Positions 7,666-16,780 of a stretch of 64,000 nt of DNA are shown one piece after another. Both the position numbers and the translations under genes were made by a program. Source of the stretch: Candidatus Aminicenantes bacterium (lineage in GTDB: Bacteria > Acidobacteriota > Aminicenantia > Aminicenantales > JAFGBC01); assembly GCA_963702005.1 (NCBI GenBank), contig OY969696.1, positions 4,224,001 to 4,288,000 of the forward strand. The letters are read 5' to 3'. Positions within the stretch are counted from its first letter, which is position 1, and each line of letters begins with the position of its first letter. The notes beneath the pieces are model-generated. The model searched no databases. It was not told the origin of the DNA and saw only the letters and a program-made list of their open reading frames with translations.

Positions 7666-9483
7666 TTGAAACAACATCGAACTCACCTACTCGTATGCGC
7701 CGGGACGGGGTGCGTGTCCTGCGGATCCTTCAAGATCAAGGAGGCCCTCGAAAAGGAAATCCGAAAACGGGACCTCCAGGACGAGGTCCTCGTCATCGCC
7801 ACCGGCTGCAACGGATTCTGCGAGAGGGGCCCCATCCTGCTCGTCCAGCCGGACGGAATCTTCTACCAGCAGCTCAAGCTCGAGGACATTCCCCATCTCG
7901 TCGAAGAGCACTTCCTCAAGGGACGTCCCGTCAAGAAGCTGATGTACGTCCCGCCCGCCAAGAAAGAGCCGATCCCCAAGATGAAGGACATCGAGTTCTT
8001 CAAGCACCAGCGGCTCATCGTCCTCCGCAACCGCGGACGGATCGACCCGGAGAAGATCGACGAATACATCGGCTTCGATGGCTATGAGGCCATGGCCAAG
8101 GCCCTAACCGAGATGACGCCCGAACAAATCATCGCCGAGATCACCGCGTCCGGGTTGCGAGGCCGGGGCGGCGCCGGCTTCCCGACCGGCAAGAAATGGG
8201 AGACCTGCCGCCGCGAGAAGGCGACCCCCAAATACCTCATCTGCAACGGCGACGAGGGTGATCCGGGCGCGTTCATGGACCGCTCCGTCCTCGAGGCGGA
8301 CCCCCACGCCATCCTGGAGGGGATGGTCATCGGGGCCAAGGCGATCGGGGCCGGGAAAGGCTTCATCTACATCCGGAACGAATACCCCCTGGCCCTCCAG
8401 CGGGTCGAGATCGCCATCGGCCAGGCCAGGGACTACGGTCTGCTCGGGAAGGACATCCTGGGAACCGGATTCGCCTTCGATATCGAGATCGTCCAGGGCG
8501 CGGGCGCCTTCGTCTCCGGAGAGGAGACCGCCCTGATGGCCTCGGTCGAGGGGCGGATCGCTACCCCCCGTCAAAGGCCGCCCTTTCCCTCCCGGCAGGG
8601 CCTGTGGAAAAAGCCGACCACGATCAACAACGTCGAAACCTGGGCGACCGTCCCCAACATCATCCGGCGCGGCGCCAAATGGTTCGCCGGCCTCGGCACG
8701 GCGGCGAGCAAGGGAACGAAAATTTTCTCCCTGGTCGGCAAGATCAACAACACGGGCCTGGTCGAGGTCCCGATGGGGATCACCCTCCGGGACATCGTCT
8801 ACGGTATCGGCGGCGGCGTTCCCGGCGGCCGCGAGTTCAAGGCCATCCAGATCGGCGGGCCTTCGGGCGGCTGCATACCCCGCAAGCTCCTGGACCTCCC
8901 CGTCGACTACGAAAGCCTGACCGAGGCCGGGGCTATGATGGGGTCGGGCGGCATGATCGTCATGGACGACAGGACCTGCATGGTCGACATCGCCAAGTAC
9001 TTCATGAATTTCCTGCGCGATGAATCCTGCGGGAAATGCGTCTCCTGCCGGGAAGGGACCCAACGGATGTGGGAGATCGTCAAGGACATCACGGAGGGCA
9101 AGGGCAAGGAGAGCGACCTGGCCCTCCTGGAAGAGCTGGCCCAGACCTGCAAGGACGCCTCCCTGTGCGGCCTCGGCCAGACCGCGGCCAACCCCATCCT
9201 GTCGACGCTCCAGTATTTCCGCCATGAGTACGAAGCCCACATCACGGACAAGCGCTGTCCGGCCGGCGTCTGCCCGGCCCTCATCCGCTATCTGGTCATC
9301 GCCGAGAAGTGCACGGGCTGCCTAGCCTGCAAGAACGCCTGCCCAACCCAAGCCATCAAGGGGACGCGCTCGGACATCCATTCGATCGATCAGACGAAGT
9401 GCATCAAATGCGGCGCCTGCCTGGAAGCCTGCCGCTTCGACGCCATCGAAACGCGTCGCGACGAGGCCATTCAGATCATTTAA
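7666..9483 (+). CDS. NuoF/HydB-like FMN/NADH-binding subunit with N-terminal [2Fe-2S] and C-terminal 2x[4Fe-4S]
   Basis: CAGTGC-GCNGFC, GLRGRGGAGFPTG, NGDEGDPGAFMDR, GAFVSGEETAL, GGPSGG, CGKCVSCREG, CPAGVC, two CxxCxxCxxxC motifs. Confidence 0.93.
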   Translation: MKQHRTHLLVCAGTGCVSCGSFKIKEALEKEIRKRDLQDEVLVIATGCNGFCERGPILLVQPDGIFYQQLKLEDIPHLVEEHFLKGRPVKKLMYVPPAKKEPIPKMKDIEFFKHQRLIVLRNRGRIDPEKIDEYIGFDGYEAMAKALTEMTPEQIIAEITASGLRGRGGAGFPTGKKWETCRREKATPKYLICNGDEGDPGAFMDRSVLEADPHAILEGMVIGAKAIGAGKGFIYIRNEYPLALQRVEIAIGQARDYGLLGKDILGTGFAFDIEIVQGAGAFVSGEETALMASVEGRIATPRQRPPFPSRQGLWKKPTTINNVETWATVPNIIRRGAKWFAGLGTAASKGTKIFSLVGKINNTGLVEVPMGITLRDIVYGIGGGVPGGREFKAIQIGGPSGGCIPRKLLDLPVDYESLTEAGAMMGSGGMIVMDDRTCMVDIAKYFMNFLRDESCGKCVSCREGTQRMWEIVKDITEGKGKESDLALLEELAQTCKDASLCGLGQTAANPILSTLQYFRHEYEAHITDKRCPAGVCPALIRYLVIAEKCTGCLACKNACPTQAIKGTRSDIHSIDQTKCIKCGACLEACRFDAIETRRDEAIQII

Positions 9484-9491
9484 GAGGGACC

Positions 9492-10184
9492 ATGATCACC
9501 TTTCGCATGAACAACATGATGGTCCAGGCCGAGGAAGGCTGGACAATCCTCGAGACGTCCAAATTTTACGGCCTGGAGATTCCGACCCTTTGCTACCACG
9601 AGGGGCTGACGCCCTGGGGCGGCTGCCGCCTGTGCGTCGTCGAGATCGGCGAAGGCCCCAAGACCAAGCTCGCCTCCTCCTGCACCTACCCGGCCGAGGA
9701 GGGCATCGTCGTCCGCACGGACACCAAGCGGGTTTGGGCAGCCCGGCGGATGATGGTCGAGCTCATGCTTGCCATGGCGCCGGGCTCGAAGCAGCTCCAG
9801 GACCTCGCCTCCCAGTTCGGGGTCACCCAGGTCCGCTTCAAGCCCAAGAACGAGGAGTGCATCCTGTGCGGGCTGTGCGTCCGGATGTGCGCGGAGCAGA
9901 TGGACGGCCGGGCGATCGGGTTCCAGAACCGGGGCCACCGGCGGAAGATTTCGACGCCGTTCGACATCCGCTCCGAGGAGTGCCGCCTGTGCGGAGCCTG
10001 CATCTACATTTGCCCGGCCTGTCAGCTCCGCTGCCAGGGCCCCCAGGCCGAGACGGTCCTCTGCAACGGCTGTCTGACGATGGACCCGACCTGTCTGGAC
10101 CACTTCGACGACCTCCAATGCTGGATGTATGACGCCGGGCGGTGCGGAACGTGCGTCCGCGAAAAACCGACGGCGGGGAAATGA
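9492..10184 (+). CDS. NuoG/HydA N-terminal-like Fe-S subunit with no catalytic domain and a Cys-rich tail
   Basis: IPTLCYH-GGCRLC-SC [2Fe-2S]; CILCGLCVRMC; CRLCGACIYICP; 8 further Cys; ATG 9492 after GAGGGA. Confidence 0.85.
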   Translation: MITFRMNNMMVQAEEGWTILETSKFYGLEIPTLCYHEGLTPWGGCRLCVVEIGEGPKTKLASSCTYPAEEGIVVRTDTKRVWAARRMMVELMLAMAPGSKQLQDLASQFGVTQVRFKPKNEECILCGLCVRMCAEQMDGRAIGFQNRGHRRKISTPFDIRSEECRLCGACIYICPACQLRCQGPQAETVLCNGCLTMDPTCLDHFDDLQCWMYDAGRCGTCVREKPTAGK

Positions 10185-10260
10185 ACCGGAGAACGGCTCA
10201 GCCACTTCCATGAACCGGATGACCGATAGACAAATCAGGAACTAACAAGGAGGAACGGAC

Positions 10261-11841
10261 ATGTCTTACACGAAGCTCAATCGAAGCGCGGCGACCCTGA
10301 CCAAGAACAGAACCAAGGGATCGATCAGCCCCTTCAGCGGGATGTGCGTGACCTGTGTGGACGGCTGCATCGGGATGTGCGAGATCGGGAAATCCGCCTA
10401 CCGCGGGACCGAGGTCCTTTATCCCCAGCCGTTCGGCCTGATCACGGCCGCCAGCGAAAAGGACTACCCGGTCGACCTGTCCCACTTCAGCATCATGGGC
10501 ACGGCCGCCGGCGCCTACGGCGTCGAGGCCGACAGCGACAAGGCGACCTTCGAGAAGGTCACGACCGAAACCCGGATCGGCCGCGACAAGGGGATCAAGC
10601 TCCGGCTCCCGTTCGTCCTCGCCGGGATGGGATCGACGAACATCGCCCGGCAGAACTGGACCGGGCTGGCCGCCGGCACGGCCATCTCGGGCTGCATCCT
10701 GACCATCGGCGAGAACGTCTGCGGCATGGACGAGGGAACCGAGATCCGCAACGGCCGGGTCGTCCGCTCGCCCGACATGGAGTTCCGGATCAAGAGCTTC
10801 ACGGACTGGCGGGACCAGGGCTACGGGGCCGTCGTCGTCCAGGCCAACGTCGAGGATACCCGGCTCGGCGTCCAGGAATACGTCATCGAGAAATTGGGCA
10901 TCGAGATCGTCGAGCTCAAGTGGGGGCAGGGCGCCAAGGACATCGGCGGCGAGGTCAAGATCAAGAACCTCAAGAAGGCCCAGCAGCTCAAGAGCCGCGG
11001 CTACATTGTCCTTCCCGACCCCGATGATCCGAACATCATCGCGGCCTTCGAGAAAGGAAGCTTCAAGGAGTTCGAACGACACTCCCGCCTCGGCATGGTC
11101 GAGGAGGAAGGTTTCTACAAACGGGTCGAGGAGCTCCGCAAGGCCGGCGCCAAGTACGTCTTCCTCAAGACGGGCGCCTATCGGCCGGCCGACCTGGCCC
11201 GGGCCGTCAAGTTCGCCTCCAAGGCCAAGATCGACATGCTGACCGTGGACGGCGCCGGAGGCGGAACGGGCATGAGCCCCTGGCGGATGATGAACGAATG
11301 GGGCGTCCCCGTCGTGGAGATCTGGAGCCTGACCTACAAATACGCCCATCAACTCGCCCAAGCCGGCGAGTACGTTCCGGACATCATCCTGGCCGGCGGC
11401 GTGACCTTCGAGGACCAGATCTTCAAGGGCCTCGCCCTGGGCGCGCCCTACGTCAAGGGCGTCGGCATGGCCCGCAGCCCGATGGCGGCGGCCATGGTCG
11501 GCAAGACGATCGGCAAGCGGATCGACGAGGGCCAGATTCCGGTCTACATCGAACGGTTCGGCAACTCGGTCGACGAGATCTTCATCACCGGGCCTGATCT
11601 CAAGCGGAAGTACAAGGACCGCTTCAAGGACCTCCCGACCGGCGCTATCGGCGTCTACACCTACTTCCACCGCCTCAGCCAGGGCCTGCGCCAGCTCATG
11701 GCCGGCGCCCGCAAGTTCGCGCTCCACTACATCACCCGGGACGACATCGCCTCCCTGACCAAGGACGCCGCGAACATCTCGGGCATTCCCTACATCCTGG
11801 ACGTCGACAAGGACGAGGTGGCCAAGATCCTCAAGGGCTGA
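10261..11841 (+). CDS. FMN-binding glutamate synthase family protein (stand-alone FMN-domain type)
   Basis: ELKWGQGAKDIGG, VFLKTG, VDGAGGGTG, ILAGG, GLALGA; N-terminal CVTCVDGCIGMC; RBS AAGGAGG. Confidence 0.88.
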   Translation: MSYTKLNRSAATLTKNRTKGSISPFSGMCVTCVDGCIGMCEIGKSAYRGTEVLYPQPFGLITAASEKDYPVDLSHFSIMGTAAGAYGVEADSDKATFEKVTTETRIGRDKGIKLRLPFVLAGMGSTNIARQNWTGLAAGTAISGCILTIGENVCGMDEGTEIRNGRVVRSPDMEFRIKSFTDWRDQGYGAVVVQANVEDTRLGVQEYVIEKLGIEIVELKWGQGAKDIGGEVKIKNLKKAQQLKSRGYIVLPDPDDPNIIAAFEKGSFKEFERHSRLGMVEEEGFYKRVEELRKAGAKYVFLKTGAYRPADLARAVKFASKAKIDMLTVDGAGGGTGMSPWRMMNEWGVPVVEIWSLTYKYAHQLAQAGEYVPDIILAGGVTFEDQIFKGLALGAPYVKGVGMARSPMAAAMVGKTIGKRIDEGQIPVYIERFGNSVDEIFITGPDLKRKYKDRFKDLPTGAIGVYTYFHRLSQGLRQLMAGARKFALHYITRDDIASLTKDAANISGIPYILDVDKDEVAKILKG

Positions 11842-13306
11842 GCGTGAAGGACCGCTCCTGCCAGCACGAAGCATGGCCGTTGGGGTCCATGCTCGAAACG
11901 ACGTAAAAGTAGGGGACGCCGGTCCGCAGGCCGCGGAGCTCGACGGCATGCGGGAGCGTAAAGGTCCGGCTGTAGGACGATAGACTCGAGAGGAAGCCGG
12001 ACTTGGTCCCATAAATGACGACGCCGTCGCAGGGCTTGTCCGTGGTCCACTCGATCGAGGCTAAATCCCCGCGCAGGACGTGACGGATGCCCGATAGGAC
12101 GGGGTTTGCGGGTTTTTCCTGGTAATGATCGTCAATGAGCTTGAACGCTTTCTTCAACTGCTCGAAGCACTTGTTGGGCTGGGTAGCGGTGGCATAGACG
12201 TCTTGGTCCTTGTTCCAGCCCAAGCCGTGAAGTTCGAACTCGACGATCAGCTCGGCGATCGCCTCGGGATTATTGGCCTCGCCGCACCGGCTCTGCAGGC
12301 CGGCGATCTGCCCGTAGAGGGGGATGCCGGCCGCCCGGCAGCGGTCCGCCAACTGTTTCAGGAATTCCCGGCGCACTTTGATCCCAAGGCCCGCGTACTG
12401 GGCGACCAGGCCGAGCTCCCGGCATTTCTCGATCAGCCAAAAATTCCTGGCCATCTGTCTCAAGGCGGGATGGACCTTGCCTTTATGGATGAAGTCCTCC
12501 CGGTGGGCGTCCGCGTCGTCCGAGCCGGCGGGATAGACGACGAGCTTCTGATGGGGCTTGAGGCGAGGGAGGATCGTCTGGATGGTCCACAGGACGAATT
12601 CGTCCTTGACGTCCCGGTACCAATCGATGAAGTCGGCGCGGCTGGACGTCGTCAACGACTTGAAACGGGCGGGCTCGGGGACTTCGACCTCGCCGAACGT
12701 CCCGTAGCCGGTTCCCCAGGCTGCGTTCAGCGCCGAGACATCCCGCCCATATTTCTCTTGCATCCGGGCCCGAAAATCCGCGCGGGCCAGCGGATCGTAG
12801 CACCAGAAATACTTGGGGTCGGGATAGTTGGGCTCATTATGCCGCCCCATCGAGGCCTTGACGAACAGGATCAACGGGGCCCATTTGTCGAGGCACAGAG
12901 AAAAGCATCGGTCGATAAACTTTGCCGTCTGGGGCTTGAGCTGGGGATGCCAAAGGCTGATGGGCGCGGATTGAACCCGATCCGGGAGCGGCTCTCCGAC
13001 GGGCTCGTTCCGTTCGTTCAAGTGCCGGGCGTCGGGATACTTCTCCCAGAACCATTTCGGAGCCATCAGGGAGCAAAGCGTGATGTCCAGCCTCAAGCCC
13101 GTGGCGGCGATGGTCGAGATGATATCATCGAAATAGGAGAAATCGAACCTCCCCTCTTCCTTCTCGACCTCGCTCCAGGGAATCCAGAGCCGGACGAACC
13201 TGGCCCCGATGGCCTTGAGGTCCTCCATCCGTCGCCGCAGGGCCGGAAAATTCCTCTTGATAAAATAATACCAAGCCCCCGCCGAATTCCTGGGTGCGAC
13301 CATCAT
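11831..13306 (-). CDS. Glycoside hydrolase (GH42/beta-galactosidase-like TIM barrel) with C-terminal Fn3-like domain
   Basis: VRLWIPWSEVEKEEGRFDFSYFD, PKWFWEKYP, NEP, KYG-LNAAWGT; C-terminal WTTD-HAVELRGL-YFYVV. Confidence 0.72.
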   Translation of the reverse strand: MMVAPRNSAGAWYYFIKRNFPALRRRMEDLKAIGARFVRLWIPWSEVEKEEGRFDFSYFDDIISTIAATGLRLDITLCSLMAPKWFWEKYPDARHLNERNEPVGEPLPDRVQSAPISLWHPQLKPQTAKFIDRCFSLCLDKWAPLILFVKASMGRHNEPNYPDPKYFWCYDPLARADFRARMQEKYGRDVSALNAAWGTGYGTFGEVEVPEPARFKSLTTSSRADFIDWYRDVKDEFVLWTIQTILPRLKPHQKLVVYPAGSDDADAHREDFIHKGKVHPALRQMARNFWLIEKCRELGLVAQYAGLGIKVRREFLKQLADRCRAAGIPLYGQIAGLQSRCGEANNPEAIAELIVEFELHGLGWNKDQDVYATATQPNKCFEQLKKAFKLIDDHYQEKPANPVLSGIRHVLRGDLASIEWTTDKPCDGVVIYGTKSGFLSSLSSYSRTFTLPHAVELRGLRTGVPYFYVVSSMDPNGHASCWQERSFTLSP

Positions 13307-13485
13307 GTTCGTTCCCCCCTTTATTCCCTTCGAAACATTCTTATTTTATACCCAAACCGGCGCCAAATGCACGGGCTTCCGAGAAGAAAGAGAGCTTTTC
13401 CGTTCGTATAACAAGAAGGCTTTAAAAGCCCGCGCGCCCTTTCTTCTTGGCTTCCGATATGCTATAAATAGCGAGGATTTAAGCT

Positions 13486-14166
13486 ATGGGTATCGTCAAC
13501 ATCGTCATCAGCCTGTTCGTCCTGCTGTTCGCCATCACCGTCCATGAGGCGTCCCACGCTTGGACCGCCAACAAGTTCGGCGACCCGACGGCGGCGGCCT
13601 TGGGCCGGGCCTCCCTCAATCCCCTCGCCCACATCGATCCGATCGGGACCATCCTCCTCCCCATCCTCCTCGTCCTGATCCGGGCGCCCGCCTTCGGCTG
13701 GGCCAAACCCGTTCCCGTCAACCCTTACAACCTCCGCGACCCGCGCCGCGACAACATCTGGATCTCGGCCGCCGGCCCGATATCAAACATAACCGTCGCC
13801 TTCATCTCCTTCGTGGCGATTCTCCTCCTCAAGGTCATCCGGCCGGGGGTCGTCGACTTCCTGCGGAATTTTCTGCTCGGCCAGGGGAGCCGCCCCCCCG
13901 GCATCTATCCGCTCGAGGGGCTGGCCCTCGTCCTTTTCTACGCCGTCCTGGTCAATACCTATCTGGCCGTCTTCAACCTCATCCCCGTCCCGCCCCTGGA
14001 CGGGAGCGGCGTCCTGATGGGGCTCCTGCCCTACGAGGCCGCCCAGCGCTTTGAACGAATCCGGCCCTTCGGCTTCATCATCGTCCTCCTCCTGATCTCG
14101 ATCGGGGTCCTGGACATCATCATCCGGCCGATCGAACTCCTCATTTTCGCCTTCATCTTCGGTTGA
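13486..14166 (+). CDS. Site-2 protease (M50) membrane metalloprotease
   Basis: HEASH, GDPT, GWAKPVPVNP, FNLIPVPPLDG. Confidence 0.93.
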   Translation: MGIVNIVISLFVLLFAITVHEASHAWTANKFGDPTAAALGRASLNPLAHIDPIGTILLPILLVLIRAPAFGWAKPVPVNPYNLRDPRRDNIWISAAGPISNITVAFISFVAILLLKVIRPGVVDFLRNFLLGQGSRPPGIYPLEGLALVLFYAVLVNTYLAVFNLIPVPPLDGSGVLMGLLPYEAAQRFERIRPFGFIIVLLLISIGVLDIIIRPIELLIFAFIFG

Positions 14167-14176
14167 GGGACAATTT

Positions 14177-15169
14177 ATGAACGGAGCAACCAAGAAGACC
14201 GTCCTGAGCGGCGTCCGGCCGACCGGCCCCGCCCACTTGGGAAACTACGTCGGCGCCTTCCGGAACTGGCTCCGCCTCCAGGACGAATACCGCTGCTTCT
14301 ATTCGATCGTGACCTGGCACGCCCTGACCTCGGAATACGCCAATTCGAAGGTCCTCAAGGGCTATACGTTGGAGGTCGCGACCGACCTCCTCAGCCTGGG
14401 TCTCGACCCCAAGAGGTGCGTCCTGTTCAACCAGTCCGAAGTCAAGGAGCACGCCGAGCTTCATCTCCTCCTGTCCATGATCGTCCCCCTGCCCTGGCTG
14501 GAGCGGGTCCCGACCTTCAAGGAACAGCAGGAGGAGCTGGCCGATAGGGACCTCAACACTTACGGATTCCTGGGCTACCCGCTCCTCCAGACGGCCGATA
14601 TCGTCATCTACAAGGCCGACATCGTCCCGGTCGGCGAGGACCAGGTCTATCACGTGGAGCTGGCCCGCGAGATCGTCCGCCGCTTCAACCGCCTCTATGC
14701 CCCGGTCTTCCCCGAGCCCCAAACCCTGCTGACCGAAATTCCCAAGCTGGCCGGCACCGACGGACGCAAGATGAGCAAATCCTACGGAAACGCCATCTAC
14801 CTCAAGGACACGGCCGAGGAGATCCGGCGCAAGATCGCGCCCATGGTCACCGACACCCGGCGCAAGCGCCGTTCCGACCCGGGCGAACCGGACGACTGCC
14901 CCGTCTTCACGCTCCATCGCGCCTTCGTCGAGGCCGCCAAGCGGGATGCGGTCGCCGCCGAGTGCCGCAAGGCGGGGATCGGCTGCCTTGAGTGCAAGAA
15001 CGTCGTCATCCAAGCCATCGTCGACCTTCTGACCCCCTACTGGGACAAGCGGGCCGACTTCGAAAGGAACCCGCGGGCCGTCTGGGACATTCTCGAGGAC
15101 GGAAACGCCCGGGCCCGCGAAGCCGCCCGGAAGACGATGGCCGAGGTCCGGGACGCCATCGGCATCTGA
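14177..15169 (+). CDS. trpS: Tryptophan--tRNA ligase
   Basis: SGVRPTG-HLGNY, GYPLLQTADI, VPVGEDQ, KMSKS. Confidence 0.97.
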   Translation: MNGATKKTVLSGVRPTGPAHLGNYVGAFRNWLRLQDEYRCFYSIVTWHALTSEYANSKVLKGYTLEVATDLLSLGLDPKRCVLFNQSEVKEHAELHLLLSMIVPLPWLERVPTFKEQQEELADRDLNTYGFLGYPLLQTADIVIYKADIVPVGEDQVYHVELAREIVRRFNRLYAPVFPEPQTLLTEIPKLAGTDGRKMSKSYGNAIYLKDTAEEIRRKIAPMVTDTRRKRRSDPGEPDDCPVFTLHRAFVEAAKRDAVAAECRKAGIGCLECKNVVIQAIVDLLTPYWDKRADFERNPRAVWDILEDGNARAREAARKTMAEVRDAIGI

Positions 15170-15173
15170 GGTC

Positions 15174-15935
15174 ATGGATACGGAATTCGCCGGGACAGCG
15201 GCCGGGGACGACTATCAGGTCCGGCTCGAAATCTTCCAGGGACCGCTCGACCTCCTCCTGTTCCTGATCCGCAAGAAGAAGATCAACATCCACGACATCC
15301 CGATGGCCGTCATCACCAGGGAGTACCTGGACTACCTCAACCGCAAGGAGCGGATCAACCTCGACCGCGAAGCCGAGTTCCTCCTTATCGCCGCCCTCCT
15401 CATCGCCATAAAAAGCCAGATGCTCCTTCCCCGCGAACAGCCCCTCGAGGACGAATCCGACCCGCGCCGCCAGCTCGTCCACCGCCTCCTCGACTATGAG
15501 AAGATCAAGGCCGCCTGCGAACTTCTCAGGGACCGGGAGGAGGAGCAGCTCCAGGTCTGGCGGAGGACGGGCCTCCCGCCCTTCATCGCCGAGGGGGAGG
15601 AGCTCGAAACCCTCGACGTCTCGCTCTTCGACCTGGCCGAGGCCTTTTTCGCCCTCCTCCAGCGCAAGGCCCGCGAGGACTACCGGGTCCTCAAGGCCAA
15701 AGAGGTCTCGCTCGAGGACAAGATGAAGGAAATTCTGACCATCCTGGGCGAGCACGATTATCTTGACTTTCTCGATTACCTGGATCGCCAGGAGTCGGTC
15801 GAGGAGGCTCTGATCGCCTTCTTCTGCCTCCTCGAACTCCTCAAGGCCCGGCTCGTCTTCGCCGTCCAGGAGTCCCTCTTCCACACCATCAAGGTCTGGC
15901 TCCGCAAGGACGCCGCCGTCGCGAGGACGCCGTGA
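15174..15935 (+). CDS. scpA: Segregation and condensation protein A
   Basis: FQGPLDLLLFLIRK, AEFL-AA-IKSQMLLP, F-LLEL. Confidence 0.93.
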   Translation: MDTEFAGTAAGDDYQVRLEIFQGPLDLLLFLIRKKKINIHDIPMAVITREYLDYLNRKERINLDREAEFLLIAALLIAIKSQMLLPREQPLEDESDPRRQLVHRLLDYEKIKAACELLRDREEEQLQVWRRTGLPPFIAEGEELETLDVSLFDLAEAFFALLQRKAREDYRVLKAKEVSLEDKMKEILTILGEHDYLDFLDYLDRQESVEEALIAFFCLLELLKARLVFAVQESLFHTIKVWLRKDAAVARTP

Positions 15936-16672
15936 TCGAACGACTCAAGGATATCATCGAAGCCCTGATCTTCATCTCGATCGAGCCGCTCGGCCTCGAG
16001 CAGCTCAAGCTCATCCTCCAGGAGTTCGCGCCGGCCGATATCGAACGGGCCCTCGAGGATCTCCTCCGGGACCAGGAAAGCGGACGGGGCGGCATCCGGG
16101 TTCAGATGACGGCCGGCGGCTACATCTTCGCGACCCGGCCCGACTTCGACTCCTGGGTGCGGCGGCTCCTCAGCATCGAGCGCAAGACGAAGCTGTCGAT
16201 GGCCTCGCTCGAGACGCTCTCGACGGTCGCCTACCATCAGCCGATCACCCAGGCCGAGATCTCGGCCCTGCGCGGCGTCGACGCGACCTACACCCTCAAG
16301 ACGCTCCTCCACAAGAAGCTCATCAAGATCGCGGGCCGCAAGAAGGCCCCCGGCAGCCCTCTCATCTATCGGACGACGGACAAATTCCTGGAGTACTTCG
16401 GCCTCAACGGCCTCGAAGACCTGCCCAAGGAAGAGGAGATTTCCAAGCTGCTCGAAGCGGACCGCATGGAGCCGCTCGAAGACGAGCCGGCCGACCGGGA
16501 ATTCGATTTGGCCGCGCCGGCCGCGCAGGCGGCGGCGGAAACGAACACGATCGTTCCGGAGGAAGCGCCCGTTCCAAGCGAGGACTCGGCTCCGGAGACG
16601 CCCTTGCCAAGCGGCGAGGGACAGGACGCGGATGACAGGCCGCCCGGCGGAACCCCGGACGGGAAATCCTGA
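15932..16672 (+). CDS. scpB: SMC-Scp complex subunit ScpB
   Basis: IEALIF, LSMASLETL-VAYHQPITQAEI-RGV, YRTTDKFLEYFGL-DLP. Confidence 0.95.
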   Translation: MIERLKDIIEALIFISIEPLGLEQLKLILQEFAPADIERALEDLLRDQESGRGGIRVQMTAGGYIFATRPDFDSWVRRLLSIERKTKLSMASLETLSTVAYHQPITQAEISALRGVDATYTLKTLLHKKLIKIAGRKKAPGSPLIYRTTDKFLEYFGLNGLEDLPKEEEISKLLEADRMEPLEDEPADREFDLAAPAAQAAAETNTIVPEEAPVPSEDSAPETPLPSGEGQDADDRPPGGTPDGKS

Positions 16673-16725
16673 CCGGCCGGCCGCGCCGGACCGCCGCTAA
16701 CTCCCGATTCCACCTATATTTAGGA

Positions 16726-16754
16726 TTGACAAAGGGACCCGTCTCGGTTAGTAT
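16726..16754 (+). promoter_or_regulatory. sigma70-type promoter for ispH-rpsA operon
   Basis: TTGACA-17 bp-TAGTAT. Confidence 0.55.
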
Positions 16755-16780
16755 TAATCACTATTCCCTAAGACTCGAAT

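Noticed and set aside
6638-10184. Respiratory complex I nuoEFG
   Set aside because: No membrane or quinone-module nuo genes nearby; NuoF has HydB-type extensions and the NuoG-like protein is only 230 aa.
10198-13411. Long antisense ORFs (10198-12012 minus, 12125-13411 plus) and similar ones across the window
   Set aside because: Mirror frames of real genes, expected at high GC3; no recognisable motifs.
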